From: an uncultured Candidatus Saccharibacteria bacterium | Lineage (GTDB): Bacteria > Patescibacteriota > Minisyncoccia > UBA6257 > GWB1-50-10 | Direction of reading: 5' to 3' | DNA length: 57,492 nucleotides | Assembly (NCBI GenBank): GCA_964356375.1 | Contig: CAYHGT010000004.1 | Coordinates: 1-57,492 of the forward strand | Part shown: positions 1-9,295 of the stretch, piece by piece | How the letters are laid out: each line of letters starts with the position of its first letter | Position numbering within the stretch: the stretch's first letter is position 1 | Program-made: the position numbers and the translations under genes | The notes under the pieces: generated by a model | Told to the model about the DNA's origin: nothing | Database searches by the model: none | What the model saw: the letters and a program-made list of their open reading frames with translations, nothing else

Positions 1-45
1 CCACCGATATTATCAAAGTGTTTCCAAGGTATTGACTGGAAAACG

Positions 46-147
46 TCCCGTTAGAGGCGAGTTACCGTCGCAAATATTCAGAGATTCTCTTTGCTCATAA
101 CTACACACATTAATACTTGAAACAGCAAACTTAGGTCTCTAACGGGA
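46..147. repeat. Inverted-repeat pair 1: TCCCGTTAGAG (46..56) / CTCTAACGGGA (137..147) bracketing an 80-nt spacer
   Basis: Perfect 11-nt inverted repeat read directly from the sequence. It lies just downstream of the uvrB stop on the minus strand. Confidence 0.8.
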
Positions 148-181
148 TCAATCAGCCACAGTACCAAGGATTAGACGGCTT

Positions 182-2230
182 TTATGCTTTTTTCTTGGTA
201 GGTCGCTCCGCTCTCGCCTTTTTTGCTTCTTTTTCTACGTCTTCAACTTTTTGAGAAAGCACTCTAATTTCTTCGCGCAAAATGGTTGCCAATTCAAAAT
301 TCAATTCTTCGGCTGCCTCACGCATCTCCTTTTCTTTTTCCTTAATTAATATGCTGAGCACCTTCTTTGATTTCGGTAGGGCGCTGAATTCTATATGCTC
401 AATCTTGTCTATCGGCAAAATATCCTTAATTTCTTTTTTGATAGTGGTCGGAGTTATATGATGCTTCTTATTATATTCAAGCTGAATCTTTCTGCGTCTC
501 GCCGTTTCCCGTATCGCGCGCTCCATTGAACCAGTGATATTATCCGCATACATCAATACCTCACCACTTACATTACGCGCCGCGCGCCCGATTGTTTGGA
601 CGAGCGCCGTCTCACTTCTCAAAAACCCCTCCTTGTCGGCATCTAAAATTGCAACCAGCGATACTTCCGGCAGATCCAATCCTTCGCGAAGCAGGTTTAC
701 ACCCACCAACACATCAATCTCTCCTCTTCGTAGTTTCGTGAGAATTTTAATACGGTCAAGCGTTTTCACATCACTATGCAAATAGGTAACTTTTATTTTT
801 CGCTCCTCTAAATATGCCGACAAATCTTCCGCCATTTTCTTGGTAAGCGTGGTTACGAGCACGCGTTCCTTTTCGGCATCGGGTCTATTTACTTGTTTCT
901 CAATACGCGCGATTAAATCCTGTACCTGACCCTTCGCGGGAAGAATGGTTACAACCGGGTCCACAAGACCCGTAGGACGAATAATCTGCTCTACAATCTG
1001 TCCGCCATGCTTTTTTGATTCCTCTATTTCATATTTCCCAGGAGTTGCGGATATGTACACTACCTGCCCAATACGTTTGTTAAATTCTTTAAATGTAAGT
1101 GGTCTATTGTCCGCCGCCGAAGGAAGACGAAATCCGAACTCAATGAGCGTTTTTTTACGCGCCGCATCGCCCGCGGACATTCCCGAAATCTGCGGTACCG
1201 TCACATGCGACTCATCAATAAATGTAATAAAATCCTTCGGGAAATAATCTAAAAGTGTGTCCGATGGCTCTCCTGCGGGACGTCCTGAAAGATGGCGCGA
1301 GTAGTTCTCAATGCCATTGCAATACCCCACCTCGCGTATCATCGCCAAATCAAACTTTGTTCTCCGTTCCAGACGCTCTGCCTCCAAATACTTTCCTGTT
1401 TTTTCAAAATATTTGAGCTGGGCTTTCAGTTCGTCCTGAATCGCGTTAATCGCGCGCTCGCGCTCTGCGGGTAGGGTTATGAAGTGCTTTGCTGGCGCGA
1501 TAAAAATAGCATCGCGCTTCGGTGTCTTCCCAGGAATAAAACCCGCAACTGGGTCAACTTCATAAATGGCCTTGATTTTGCCGTTTTTTAATTCAAAATT
1601 ATAAATAATTTCCCTGTCCGTTGGCATTATCTCCCAGTTATCTCCACGAAGTCGGAATGTGCCACGTGTAAGATCGGAATTCGTACGTGAAAAATGCAAT
1701 TCAACAAGCTTGCGCACAAACGATGCACGTTCAATCGTGTCACCCTTCTTAAAATGAAAAATGTGGTCAGCATAAACCTGTGGGGTACCAAGCCCATAAA
1801 TACAAGAAACAGACGAGACCACAATCACATCGCGACGAGTGAGAAGCGCAGTTGTTGCTGCGTGGCGCAATTTATCAATCTCCTCGTTTATCATCGCTTC
1901 TTTTCCAATATACGTGTCGGAGGTCGGAATATATGCTTCCGGCTGATAGTAGTCGTAATAAGAAACAAAATAATGCACGGAGTTCTCAGGGAACAATTCG
2001 CGCAATTCGTTCGTAAGCTGGGCTGCGAGTGTTTTGTTGTGTGCAATCACGAGCGCGGGACGCTCAATCTTTTGAATGACGTTCGCCATTGTAAACGTTT
2101 TTCCCGAACCCGTAACACCGAGAAGCGTCTCATGAGACACGCCATATTCAATACCCCTTACCAGCGCCTTAATCGCGCTTGGTTGGTCACCCGCCGGTTT
2201 ATTGTTACTGACCAATTTAAAGAGACCCAT
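182..2230 (-). CDS. uvrB: Excinuclease ABC subunit B (UvrB)
   Basis: ORF 182..2263 starts at TTG. The first ATG (2230) gives MGLFKLVSNNKPAGDQPSAI, the canonical UvrB N-terminus. Walker A GVTGSGKT, helicase motifs and a C-terminal UVR coiled coil are present. Confidence 0.95.
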   Translation of the reverse strand: MGLFKLVSNNKPAGDQPSAIKALVRGIEYGVSHETLLGVTGSGKTFTMANVIQKIERPALVIAHNKTLAAQLTNELRELFPENSVHYFVSYYDYYQPEAYIPTSDTYIGKEAMINEEIDKLRHAATTALLTRRDVIVVSSVSCIYGLGTPQVYADHIFHFKKGDTIERASFVRKLVELHFSRTNSDLTRGTFRLRGDNWEIMPTDREIIYNFELKNGKIKAIYEVDPVAGFIPGKTPKRDAIFIAPAKHFITLPAERERAINAIQDELKAQLKYFEKTGKYLEAERLERRTKFDLAMIREVGYCNGIENYSRHLSGRPAGEPSDTLLDYFPKDFITFIDESHVTVPQISGMSAGDAARKKTLIEFGFRLPSAADNRPLTFKEFNKRIGQVVYISATPGKYEIEESKKHGGQIVEQIIRPTGLVDPVVTILPAKGQVQDLIARIEKQVNRPDAEKERVLVTTLTKKMAEDLSAYLEERKIKVTYLHSDVKTLDRIKILTKLRRGEIDVLVGVNLLREGLDLPEVSLVAILDADKEGFLRSETALVQTIGRAARNVSGEVLMYADNITGSMERAIRETARRRKIQLEYNKKHHITPTTIKKEIKDILPIDKIEHIEFSALPKSKKVLSILIKEKEKEMREAAEELNFELATILREEIRVLSQKVEDVEKEAKKARAERPTKKKA

Positions 2231-2278
2231 ATGTGAGAGCTTATCATAAAGAACACTAACCAACTTCGCAAGAATGGC

Positions 2279-2506
2279 TTATTCCGTAATTTCAACAATC
2301 TTCGTCTTTGCCATATGCCACGCAAAAATCTCAACCTCGTAGGGTTTGAGACCACAATGCTTTGCAAGTGCCAGTTCAATGGCTTTATTTGCTTTTCTTT
2401 CTTTTGCGGGCGCTTTTACAAAAACCACTAAATGTGTTTTATCAATTTCTTCTACCTTCTCTACCTTTGTACCCAGCTTGCTATAACAAATACTTTCACG
2501 CTGAAT
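2279..2506 (-). CDS. DUF167 (YggU)-like small protein with no canonical start codon at the expected position
   Basis: Not in the ORF track. The minus frame reads IQRESICYSKLGTKVEKVEEIDKTHLVVFVKAPAKERKANKAIELALAKHCGLKPYEVEIFAWHMAKTKIVEITE*. The VKAP..(G)KAN...L...K.V.I pattern matches DUF167. The open frame begins at an ATT that overlaps the upstream TAA by 1 nt. Confidence 0.4.
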   Translation of the reverse strand: MQRESICYSKLGTKVEKVEEIDKTHLVVFVKAPAKERKANKAIELALAKHCGLKPYEVEIFAWHMAKTKIVEITE

Positions 2507-2955
2507 TAATACTGCTTCACGATCGGTGGATATAAGTCCTTATCAATGGTACGCGTGAAGCACGTTCTTCCAGCATCATGTTTCCACTCATCACTCGGCG
2601 TGACGTACCCCTGCCCCGCGCGCACAAACGTTGCGCATAATTCAAATTGATTACTGCCTTTGATTTTATATTCATACGCGGAGCCGGTTTCTGGATCGCT
2701 CGGAATAGCGACTCCGCGAAGATCGTCTTTTAATGCGAGAAGCGTGTCGGGGAGTTTCTCCTTTGCCTGCCAATAATTAATGATTTGATATTGCAAATTA
2801 GTGAGATCATTTATGCGACGCAAATCAAGTTGTTTTGCCCGCTCCTCGCTCGGTGACCCAACCACAAAGAACCCAACAATAATGGTGGCGCACACAACAC
2901 CAATAACTCCATAGACAAAATATTTCATCCCGTTAGAAATAGGAAACGTTTTCAT
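2506..2955 (-). CDS. N-terminally membrane-anchored extracytoplasmic protein, unknown function
   Basis: 149-aa ORF with one N-terminal TM helix (YFVYGVIGVVCATIIVGFFVV). A second ATG at 2928 (MKYFVYG...) sits directly after the conserved ATTTCTAACGGG motif, as at 11027, and may be the true start. Confidence 0.6.
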   Translation of the reverse strand: MKTFPISNGMKYFVYGVIGVVCATIIVGFFVVGSPSEERAKQLDLRRINDLTNLQYQIINYWQAKEKLPDTLLALKDDLRGVAIPSDPETGSAYEYKIKGSNQFELCATFVRAGQGYVTPSDEWKHDAGRTCFTRTIDKDLYPPIVKQY

Positions 2956-3112
2956 TTTTTATCATAATTGCGTTCGCTTATATTTTTTATTATTTTCGAC
3001 TTCTTTTGTTTGCAATAACGTTTCCGTGCCTTATCACGCATCTCACAGACCATCGTCTTTTCCTGATTTGTGGCATATACGCAAGATGAAACGGAGTAAT
3101 TTCTAACGGGAT
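2927..3112. repeat. Inverted-repeat pair 2: ATCCCGTTAGAAAT (2927..2940) / ATTTCTAACGGGAT (3099..3112) bracketing a 158-nt spacer
   Basis: Perfect 14-nt inverted repeat. On the minus strand the proximal arm ends in the AT of ATG 2928, and the distal arm starts 4 nt after the stop at 3117. Confidence 0.85.
2987..3015 (-). promoter_or_regulatory. Candidate sigma70-type promoter inside IR pair 2 (TTGCAA-17-TAATAA)
   Basis: On the minus strand, TTGCAA is at 3015..3010 and TAATAA at 2992..2987. The module TTGCAAnnnAAAnnAGTCrAAAATAA is shared with the promoter in pair 3. Confidence 0.35.
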
Positions 3113-3116
3113 CATA

Positions 3117-3608
3117 TTACTCGGTGTTGTGTTTCTTAATGTCAGAAAAATAGTAGAAAAAGATTGAACCCGCTACAAAAAATACCGCAAGTGTTTTAAG
3201 ACCAAACCGAGGCGTTATTTCTCCGCTCAAAAAATTATTGATGAGCATAACAATGTCTCCAATTACAACGAGCGAGGCAACAAATAACGTAAAATAGATG
3301 AGCCACTTTCTGATTCCTAAATCACGCTTTGTCGGATTTGCTTCGTAGCTTTTGCTCAAAAAACGTGTCGTAAAAAGATATACGGGAAACACGACAAACA
3401 GTGATGCAATCGCAAATCGCATTGCGGAATATGCTCCCTCCATTCTGTAATAATCCCCCGCGAGCACATCGGGAAATTGCACATTTATAAACTGAAACAC
3501 TAGCACCAAAAAACTGGTTGCACTCGCATACAACGCGACTATTGCCAAAAGATGTGTGAATACATCCTTCGGCGAAACTTTTTTATCCTGTTCGCGAGTT
3601 ATTTCCAT
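3117..3608 (-). CDS. Polytopic membrane protein (DUF5671-like, from memory)
   Basis: 163-aa ORF with four predicted TM helices and a short polar N-terminus. The family call is unverified recollection. Confidence 0.6.
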   Translation of the reverse strand: MEITREQDKKVSPKDVFTHLLAIVALYASATSFLVLVFQFINVQFPDVLAGDYYRMEGAYSAMRFAIASLFVVFPVYLFTTRFLSKSYEANPTKRDLGIRKWLIYFTLFVASLVVIGDIVMLINNFLSGEITPRFGLKTLAVFFVAGSIFFYYFSDIKKHNTE

Positions 3609-3617
3609 ATACTAATT

Positions 3618-3771
3618 ATACCACGCCTGCACATACGCGCTTCTGCGCTTTAGTGCTTCCTACGTTCGCACTGCTGTGCTCAGTACTTCCTCGCTCACGC
3701 TCGGTCGTCGCTCTCGCTCGGTCGCTGTTTTGGCATTTCCTCACTCACGTTCGGTCATACCACGCCTACAC
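3618..3771 (+). mobile_element. GC-rich ~125-nt insertion flanked by a 15-nt direct repeat (MITE-like)
   Basis: ATACCACGCCTGCAC (3618..3632) and ATACCACGCCTACAC (3757..3771) flank a GC-rich low-complexity element. The element core recurs at 53282..53381. Confidence 0.45.
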
Positions 3772-4440
3772 TAAAAGCACCGAGAGGCCAGTTGCGGTAA
3801 GTAAAAAGCTACTAAATAAGAAAGTGATTAATGTAGCAAGAATAAATGGCCAACCAAGCGTCGTATATGCCTCCTTCCACACAATAAGACGAGCAAGCGA
3901 TGTAAGAACGACAGAAAGAAAAACAAGCGGAACAAAAAGGGTAAATGCGGGCCAGCCCACAAGAAGCGCCACCAAGAATCCAAGTTCAATCTCCTCCTCA
4001 TCAAAAAATCGCTCCCTATACCGCTTTAATAAAATAAGAAATCTATAAAAAATCCACGCCACAAACAAAGAAAGTACGACATTCACCCAAAAATGCAAAA
4101 GTGAATAAAAAATGAAATAACCCCATTGCGAACCAAATATCCACGGCAAACTCTGAATAAATGGAATTGGCAATGACTTATCAATAGATTCCCGCAAAAA
4201 GAATTCGCCTATTCCCCCGCTCGCCCACGTAACATATTGCAAACCCGTAAGCAATCCCGCATATATAATTCGAAACCCAATAGTAGCGAATATGAGCTTC
4301 TTAATGCTGATTGTTTTACGAAACCCGCTCCACCGCTCGCTGTGGCGAACAACATATCCGAATATCGCAAATACAAAAAGCGCCCAAAAAAACAATGTGG
4401 GCAACATCGCGAGCCATGTAGCCTGAATTCCCAAAAACAT
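3766..4440 (-). CDS. Polytopic membrane protein, unknown function
   Basis: 224-aa hydrophobic ORF that abuts the downstream dehydrogenase gene. No diagnostic motif recognised. Confidence 0.55.
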   Translation of the reverse strand: MFLGIQATWLAMLPTLFFWALFVFAIFGYVVRHSERWSGFRKTISIKKLIFATIGFRIIYAGLLTGLQYVTWASGGIGEFFLRESIDKSLPIPFIQSLPWIFGSQWGYFIFYSLLHFWVNVVLSLFVAWIFYRFLILLKRYRERFFDEEEIELGFLVALLVGWPAFTLFVPLVFLSVVLTSLARLIVWKEAYTTLGWPFILATLITFLFSSFLLTATGLSVLLV

Positions 4441-4442
4441 GA

Positions 4443-5447
4443 TTATGGAACAAGATTTTTCGGAGTACCAGCAAGAAACCCGGCGATATTCTCCATCGTA
4501 GTATTCAGAATTCTCTCCAACGCCTCTTGTGTGTTAAATGCGTTGTGTGGCGTGATAAGCACGTTGGACATCTTCATAAGCGCGTGATTCTCCAGCATCA
4601 CCCGGACTCGTTCTTCTTGCATTCCAGAATTGCCCAAAAATTTCATCTCATCCTTCACATCGCCTTCTTCTTCCAACACATCAAGCCCCGCGCCCGCAAG
4701 TGTGCCATCCATCAGCGCCAATACAAGCGCGGTCGTTTCCACAATACCGCCACGCGCGGTGTTCACAAGATATGCCCCACGCTTTATAAATTTGATATTG
4801 TCCCTATTAATTAAATGCTTTGTCGCGTCATTCAGTGGCGCGTGAATTGTAATAATGTCTGCAACCTTAAGCGCTTCTTCCAACGGTAAATAAGTAAAGC
4901 CGAGTGTTTTTGCCGCCTCTGCATTCGGAAACAGGTCATATGCGACTACATTCATCCCAAATCCTTTTGCAATCTTAATTGATTCCTTCCCAATACGACC
5001 AGTACCGATAATACAAAGTGTCTTGTTCTTAATATCAATACCACGAAGCCCAGAAAACGAGAACGTCTCGGACTTCTTCGTCTGGTCTATTGCCTGATAC
5101 ATCTTGCGCGTAAGATTCAAAATCAAGCCAAATGCAAATTCTGCAACGGTGTTGTCGCCATACCCTGGCACATATGCCACTTTTATGCCTTTCGCAGTAC
5201 ACGCAGAAACATCAATATGATCAAACCCAGTTGAACGCGTAGACACAAGCTTCAGATTCGTGAATTTTGAAACAACGTCATGGGTAATTTGGGAATTCAC
5301 AAATGTGCAAATAATATCAAAATCAAGCTGCGTAGGCATGCTGGCTTCCGTTATCTTCTCATTGCTGAAGCGAAGATCGTGACCAGAGAATTTCTCTCGC
5401 ACAATCTTCTCTTCCCACCCATCAAGTTCAAAAAATCCTATTTTCAT
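4443..5447 (-). CDS. D-isomer-specific 2-hydroxyacid dehydrogenase (D-lactate dehydrogenase-like)
   Basis: 334 aa with an NAD Rossmann motif (GIIGTGRIGK-like: CIIGTGRIGKE), the RGxxVD/E region NTARGGIVE, and a catalytic His region ITPHNAF. Confidence 0.85.
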   Translation of the reverse strand: MKIGFFELDGWEEKIVREKFSGHDLRFSNEKITEASMPTQLDFDIICTFVNSQITHDVVSKFTNLKLVSTRSTGFDHIDVSACTAKGIKVAYVPGYGDNTVAEFAFGLILNLTRKMYQAIDQTKKSETFSFSGLRGIDIKNKTLCIIGTGRIGKESIKIAKGFGMNVVAYDLFPNAEAAKTLGFTYLPLEEALKVADIITIHAPLNDATKHLINRDNIKFIKRGAYLVNTARGGIVETTALVLALMDGTLAGAGLDVLEEEGDVKDEMKFLGNSGMQEERVRVMLENHALMKMSNVLITPHNAFNTQEALERILNTTMENIAGFLAGTPKNLVP

Positions 5448-5471
5448 ATCTGTTTTTTAATGATACCACAA

Positions 5472-7916
5472 TTATTTTCCACCCGCTTTTGCCCTCGGTT
5501 TCCTGACCTTCTTGCCTAATTCCATAATTATCTTAATAACGGTGTCAGGATTCAAAGACATACTCTCAATGCCCTCCTCAACAAGGAAACGCGCGAAGTC
5601 AGGATAGTCCGATGGCGCTTGACCGCAAATACCAATATATTTCTTTTTTGCTCTACACTTTTGGATAATCTCGGAAATAAGTTTTTTAACCGCGGGATTA
5701 TTTTCATTTGCGATATGCGTTACGATTCCAGAATCACGATCAAGTCCGAGCGTGAGCTGTGTCAAATCATTTGAGCCGATTGACATACCATCAAACAATT
5801 CCAAAAACTCGTCAGCTAAAAGAATGTTGGATGGTATCTCGCACATTACATACACTTTTAATTTTTTGTCTTTCGTTTTATCAAGTCCGTGTTCTGCCAT
5901 CGCGTGAAGTACTTGTTGTCCCTCTTCCGGTGTGCGACAAAATGGAATCATCGGCACCACATTTGTGAAGCCCATATTCTCGCGTACATGCTTCATCGCA
6001 AGACACTCCAAGCCAAACGCTTTTTTGAACTTTGGGTCATAATAACGCGAAGCGCCTCTCCACCCGAGCATCGGGTTTTCTTCGTGCGGCTCGTATAATT
6101 CTCCGCCAATAAGTTTGCTGTATTCATTCGTTTTGAAATCGGAAAAACGAATAATCACTTCATTCGGATAAAACGCCGCGCCAATCTTTGCAATACCGCG
6201 CGCCAATCGATCCACATAATAATGCTCTTTGTTTTCGTACCCTTCCGTAAGTTCTTCTATCTCTCTAAGCGTCCTTTTTATTGCTGGTGTTTTCTTACCA
6301 TGCTTAAACTTTTTGTAATCAATGAGTGCATTCGGATGGATGCGAATGTGCGACGCGATAATGAATTCTAAACGACCGAGTCCGACACCTTTCACTGGCA
6401 AATAATGGTTTTTAAATGCTTCGTCCGGTGAACCAATATTCACCATTATCTTCGTCTTAATCTTCGGCAATTTATTTAACTGATGTTCCAATATTTCAAA
6501 GGGCAAAATACCGGCATACACGTTACCCACCTCACCGGAAGAACAATCCACGGTTACCTCTTCCCCATTGTGCAATTTTTTTGTTGCAATCTTTGAACCA
6601 ACAATGCACGGAATCCCTAATTCGCGCGACACAATTGCCGCATGCGAAGTGCGTCCGCCCTTATCAGTGACAATCGCCGACGCAATCTTCATAATCGGCT
6701 CCCAATCGGGATCCGTAATCTCGGTTACAAGCACCTCTCCCTTCTGAAACAAACCGATGTGTTTCGCGTCATTTAAGATGCGTACCTTGCCCGCTCCCAC
6801 GCGCGCGCCGACCGCGATGCCGTTCATAATCACCTCGCTTCTTCTCCCAAGACGGTATTCCTTAGATACGTTTTTATCCTCACCCGCGTGAATGGTTTCG
6901 GGGCGCGCTTGCACAATAAACAATTCTCCCGTCTTTCCGTCCTTCGCCCACTCAATATCCATCGGTCTATAATGCCCCGCCTTACCAGAAAAATGCTTCT
7001 CTACCTCAAGACACCATTTTGCAAGCTTCATTACCTCTGCATCCGTCAAACAAAACTTTTGTTCGTCTTTTAACGAAACTGACTTCTGCTTTGTGCCAAA
7101 TAATGAGTAGACAAGTTTTATATTTTTCTTGCCCAACTCTTTTGCAATAAGCGCATCGTATCCCTTTTCAAGCGTCGGCTTGAAAATGATGAACTCGTCA
7201 GGAATAACTTTACCCTGCACAATAAACTCGCCGAGTCCGTAAATGCCGTTAATTACAATCACTTTATCAAATCCCGTCTCCGTATCAATCGTGAACGCAA
7301 CGCCAGATACGGATAAATCAGAACGAACCATCCGCTGAATACCAACGGAGAGTGCGGTATCAAAATGCGAAAATCCTTTGTCTGCGCGATAGGAAATAGC
7401 ACGGTTCGTAAAAAGCGAGGCAATGCACTTCCTCGTAAAATAAATGACATCGTTTACGCCACGCACATTTAAAAATGTATCTTGCTGACCTGCGAATGAG
7501 GCACCAGGAAGGTCCTCCGCGGTTGCCGATGAGCGAACAGCCACATCAATGCGTTTGCCATATTTTTTTTCCAATTCCGCATATGCTTTTGCAATTGCCT
7601 CTTTTAAATCCTTCGGAAGTTCTTCTTTTACAATTGCTGCGCGAATTTTTGCACCACGCACAGCAAGATTATGCATGTCGTGTGTATTAAGATCAGAAAG
7701 AATCTCGCGTACTTGTTTATCTAATCCCGTTTTTTCAAAAAAATACCGGTATGCATCCGCGGTAAGCGCAAAACCATCCGGAATATTTATGCCAAGCGGA
7801 ATAAGGTTGGAATACATCTCACCAAGCGCCGCATTCTTTCCACCCACAAGCGGGACATCTTCAATTCCCGTATCACTAAACCATTTTATAAAATTGGCAG
7901 TTTTTTCTTTTGTCAT
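5472..7916 (-). CDS. ppsA: Phosphoenolpyruvate synthase (pyruvate, water dikinase)
   Basis: 814 aa. Has the N-terminal ATP-grasp VPLVGGKNAALGEM, the phosphohistidine swivel TDKGGRTSHAAIVSRELGIP, and a C-terminal PEP-utilising TIM domain GSNDLTQ. Confidence 0.95.
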   Translation of the reverse strand: MTKEKTANFIKWFSDTGIEDVPLVGGKNAALGEMYSNLIPLGINIPDGFALTADAYRYFFEKTGLDKQVREILSDLNTHDMHNLAVRGAKIRAAIVKEELPKDLKEAIAKAYAELEKKYGKRIDVAVRSSATAEDLPGASFAGQQDTFLNVRGVNDVIYFTRKCIASLFTNRAISYRADKGFSHFDTALSVGIQRMVRSDLSVSGVAFTIDTETGFDKVIVINGIYGLGEFIVQGKVIPDEFIIFKPTLEKGYDALIAKELGKKNIKLVYSLFGTKQKSVSLKDEQKFCLTDAEVMKLAKWCLEVEKHFSGKAGHYRPMDIEWAKDGKTGELFIVQARPETIHAGEDKNVSKEYRLGRRSEVIMNGIAVGARVGAGKVRILNDAKHIGLFQKGEVLVTEITDPDWEPIMKIASAIVTDKGGRTSHAAIVSRELGIPCIVGSKIATKKLHNGEEVTVDCSSGEVGNVYAGILPFEILEHQLNKLPKIKTKIMVNIGSPDEAFKNHYLPVKGVGLGRLEFIIASHIRIHPNALIDYKKFKHGKKTPAIKRTLREIEELTEGYENKEHYYVDRLARGIAKIGAAFYPNEVIIRFSDFKTNEYSKLIGGELYEPHEENPMLGWRGASRYYDPKFKKAFGLECLAMKHVRENMGFTNVVPMIPFCRTPEEGQQVLHAMAEHGLDKTKDKKLKVYVMCEIPSNILLADEFLELFDGMSIGSNDLTQLTLGLDRDSGIVTHIANENNPAVKKLISEIIQKCRAKKKYIGICGQAPSDYPDFARFLVEEGIESMSLNPDTVIKIIMELGKKVRKPRAKAGGK

Positions 7917-7926
7917 AGTTTGTTGA

Positions 7927-9201
7927 TTAAAGTTTTATGCCTATCACCAAGTCCGATACATTAGAACCAGTACTTCCTGTCATAAGATAATCGCCAACGT
8001 ATTCAAAAAATTTATATGACTCGTTACCCTCCAAATGTTGGTCAACATCCAATCCAAACTTTCTCGCTTTTTCCTTAGTCATTATATCACAGAGCGCGCC
8101 TGCGTAATCCGTATTGTCTCGCCCATCGGACGCCACAGACATCACCAACTCGCCTGTTCCGACCGTACGACACGCGCTTAGAACAAGTTCAAGTCCGCGC
8201 CCTCCCTTCCCATTCTTTTTTATGGTGACCGTTGTCTCCCCTCCATACAGCAATGCGGTTTTATGTGGCGCGCTTTTCAATTCGCTTACAATCCTGGAAC
8301 CGACATCGCGCGCTTCTCCGAAAAGCGTTTTGAGTACTGGAGAAAATCCGAGTTCTTTTGCCCTCTCTTCCATTGCATGAAGCGCGGTGGAATTAGAAAT
8401 CACAATCGTATTCCATACATTTTTGAAATACATATCTTCTTTCGGGGTCTCAATAAGCGACGTCTCAATTGCCTTGTCACCCGTCAAATGATATTTCTCT
8501 ACAATTTTTTTTGCGTCTTCAATTGTAGTCCCGTCTTTTACTGTGGGACCAGAAGCCACAAATCCAATATCATCGTTCAATACATCTGAAAATATAAGCG
8601 AGATAACCTGCGCAGGATATGCATATTTCGCCAAAAACCCACCACGGGCAGATGAAATATGTTTGCGCAATGTATTGATTTCTTCAATCGTCGCACCATC
8701 ATCAAAAAGTGTCTTCAACATAGCCGCTTCATTTTCGCATGTCATATTCTGCGGTTGGCAAAGCAATGCGGAACCACCACCAGAAATAACAAACAACACA
8801 AGATCATGTTCCGTCATTCCAGACAATAATTTTATTATCTCGCTCGTGGCTTCCACATTCACCGCGGTCGGAAATGGATGCGTTCCGCAATATGTCCTCA
8901 CTTTCTTGAGATTGGTATCACCCACGCAAAGCACAATACCATCGGTGATAATATCCAACAATGTTTTTTCAATAACCTCAACGGCCTCCGCCGCGCATTT
9001 ACCCACACCAACTATAAATACGCGCCCAGCGTCCTTAATGGAAATTGGCTTCCCGCCAATAAAAAGCGTGCCGTTTGTAAGTACGAAATTCTTCTCCATA
9101 ATCGTCTTAGTATCAATCGCCTGGAGGCCTGTCTCCGCAAGCATCAACGCCACATCGCGTTCTTTGCCAGTAGCAAGGTCGTGAAAATTCTTTATTTTCA
9201 T
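7927..9201 (-). CDS. Glycerate kinase, MOFRL/DUF4147 family
   Basis: The ORF extends to 9261; ATG at 9201 gives MKIKNFHDLA. Contains GVGKCAAEA and ISGGGSALL motifs and a C-terminal MOFRL-like GGETTV...GKGGRG. Confidence 0.8.
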   Translation of the reverse strand: MKIKNFHDLATGKERDVALMLAETGLQAIDTKTIMEKNFVLTNGTLFIGGKPISIKDAGRVFIVGVGKCAAEAVEVIEKTLLDIITDGIVLCVGDTNLKKVRTYCGTHPFPTAVNVEATSEIIKLLSGMTEHDLVLFVISGGGSALLCQPQNMTCENEAAMLKTLFDDGATIEEINTLRKHISSARGGFLAKYAYPAQVISLIFSDVLNDDIGFVASGPTVKDGTTIEDAKKIVEKYHLTGDKAIETSLIETPKEDMYFKNVWNTIVISNSTALHAMEERAKELGFSPVLKTLFGEARDVGSRIVSELKSAPHKTALLYGGETTVTIKKNGKGGRGLELVLSACRTVGTGELVMSVASDGRDNTDYAGALCDIMTKEKARKFGLDVDQHLEGNESYKFFEYVGDYLMTGSTGSNVSDLVIGIKL

Positions 9202-9295
9202 GTAATACGTGAATTCTACCATTTTGAATCTATTTAGACCATTACAAAAAACACACCACAAATTTGTGTCGGTTTTTTGCTATATATCAAAAAAA

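Noticed and set aside
3653-4048. ORFs 3653..4048 (+) and 53244..53478 (+) sharing the peptide VLPTFALLCSVLPRSRSVVA
   Set aside because: The shared peptide is just the translation of the dispersed GC-rich repeat. 3653..4048 runs antisense through the membrane-protein gene 3766..4440, and there is no start context. Not coding.
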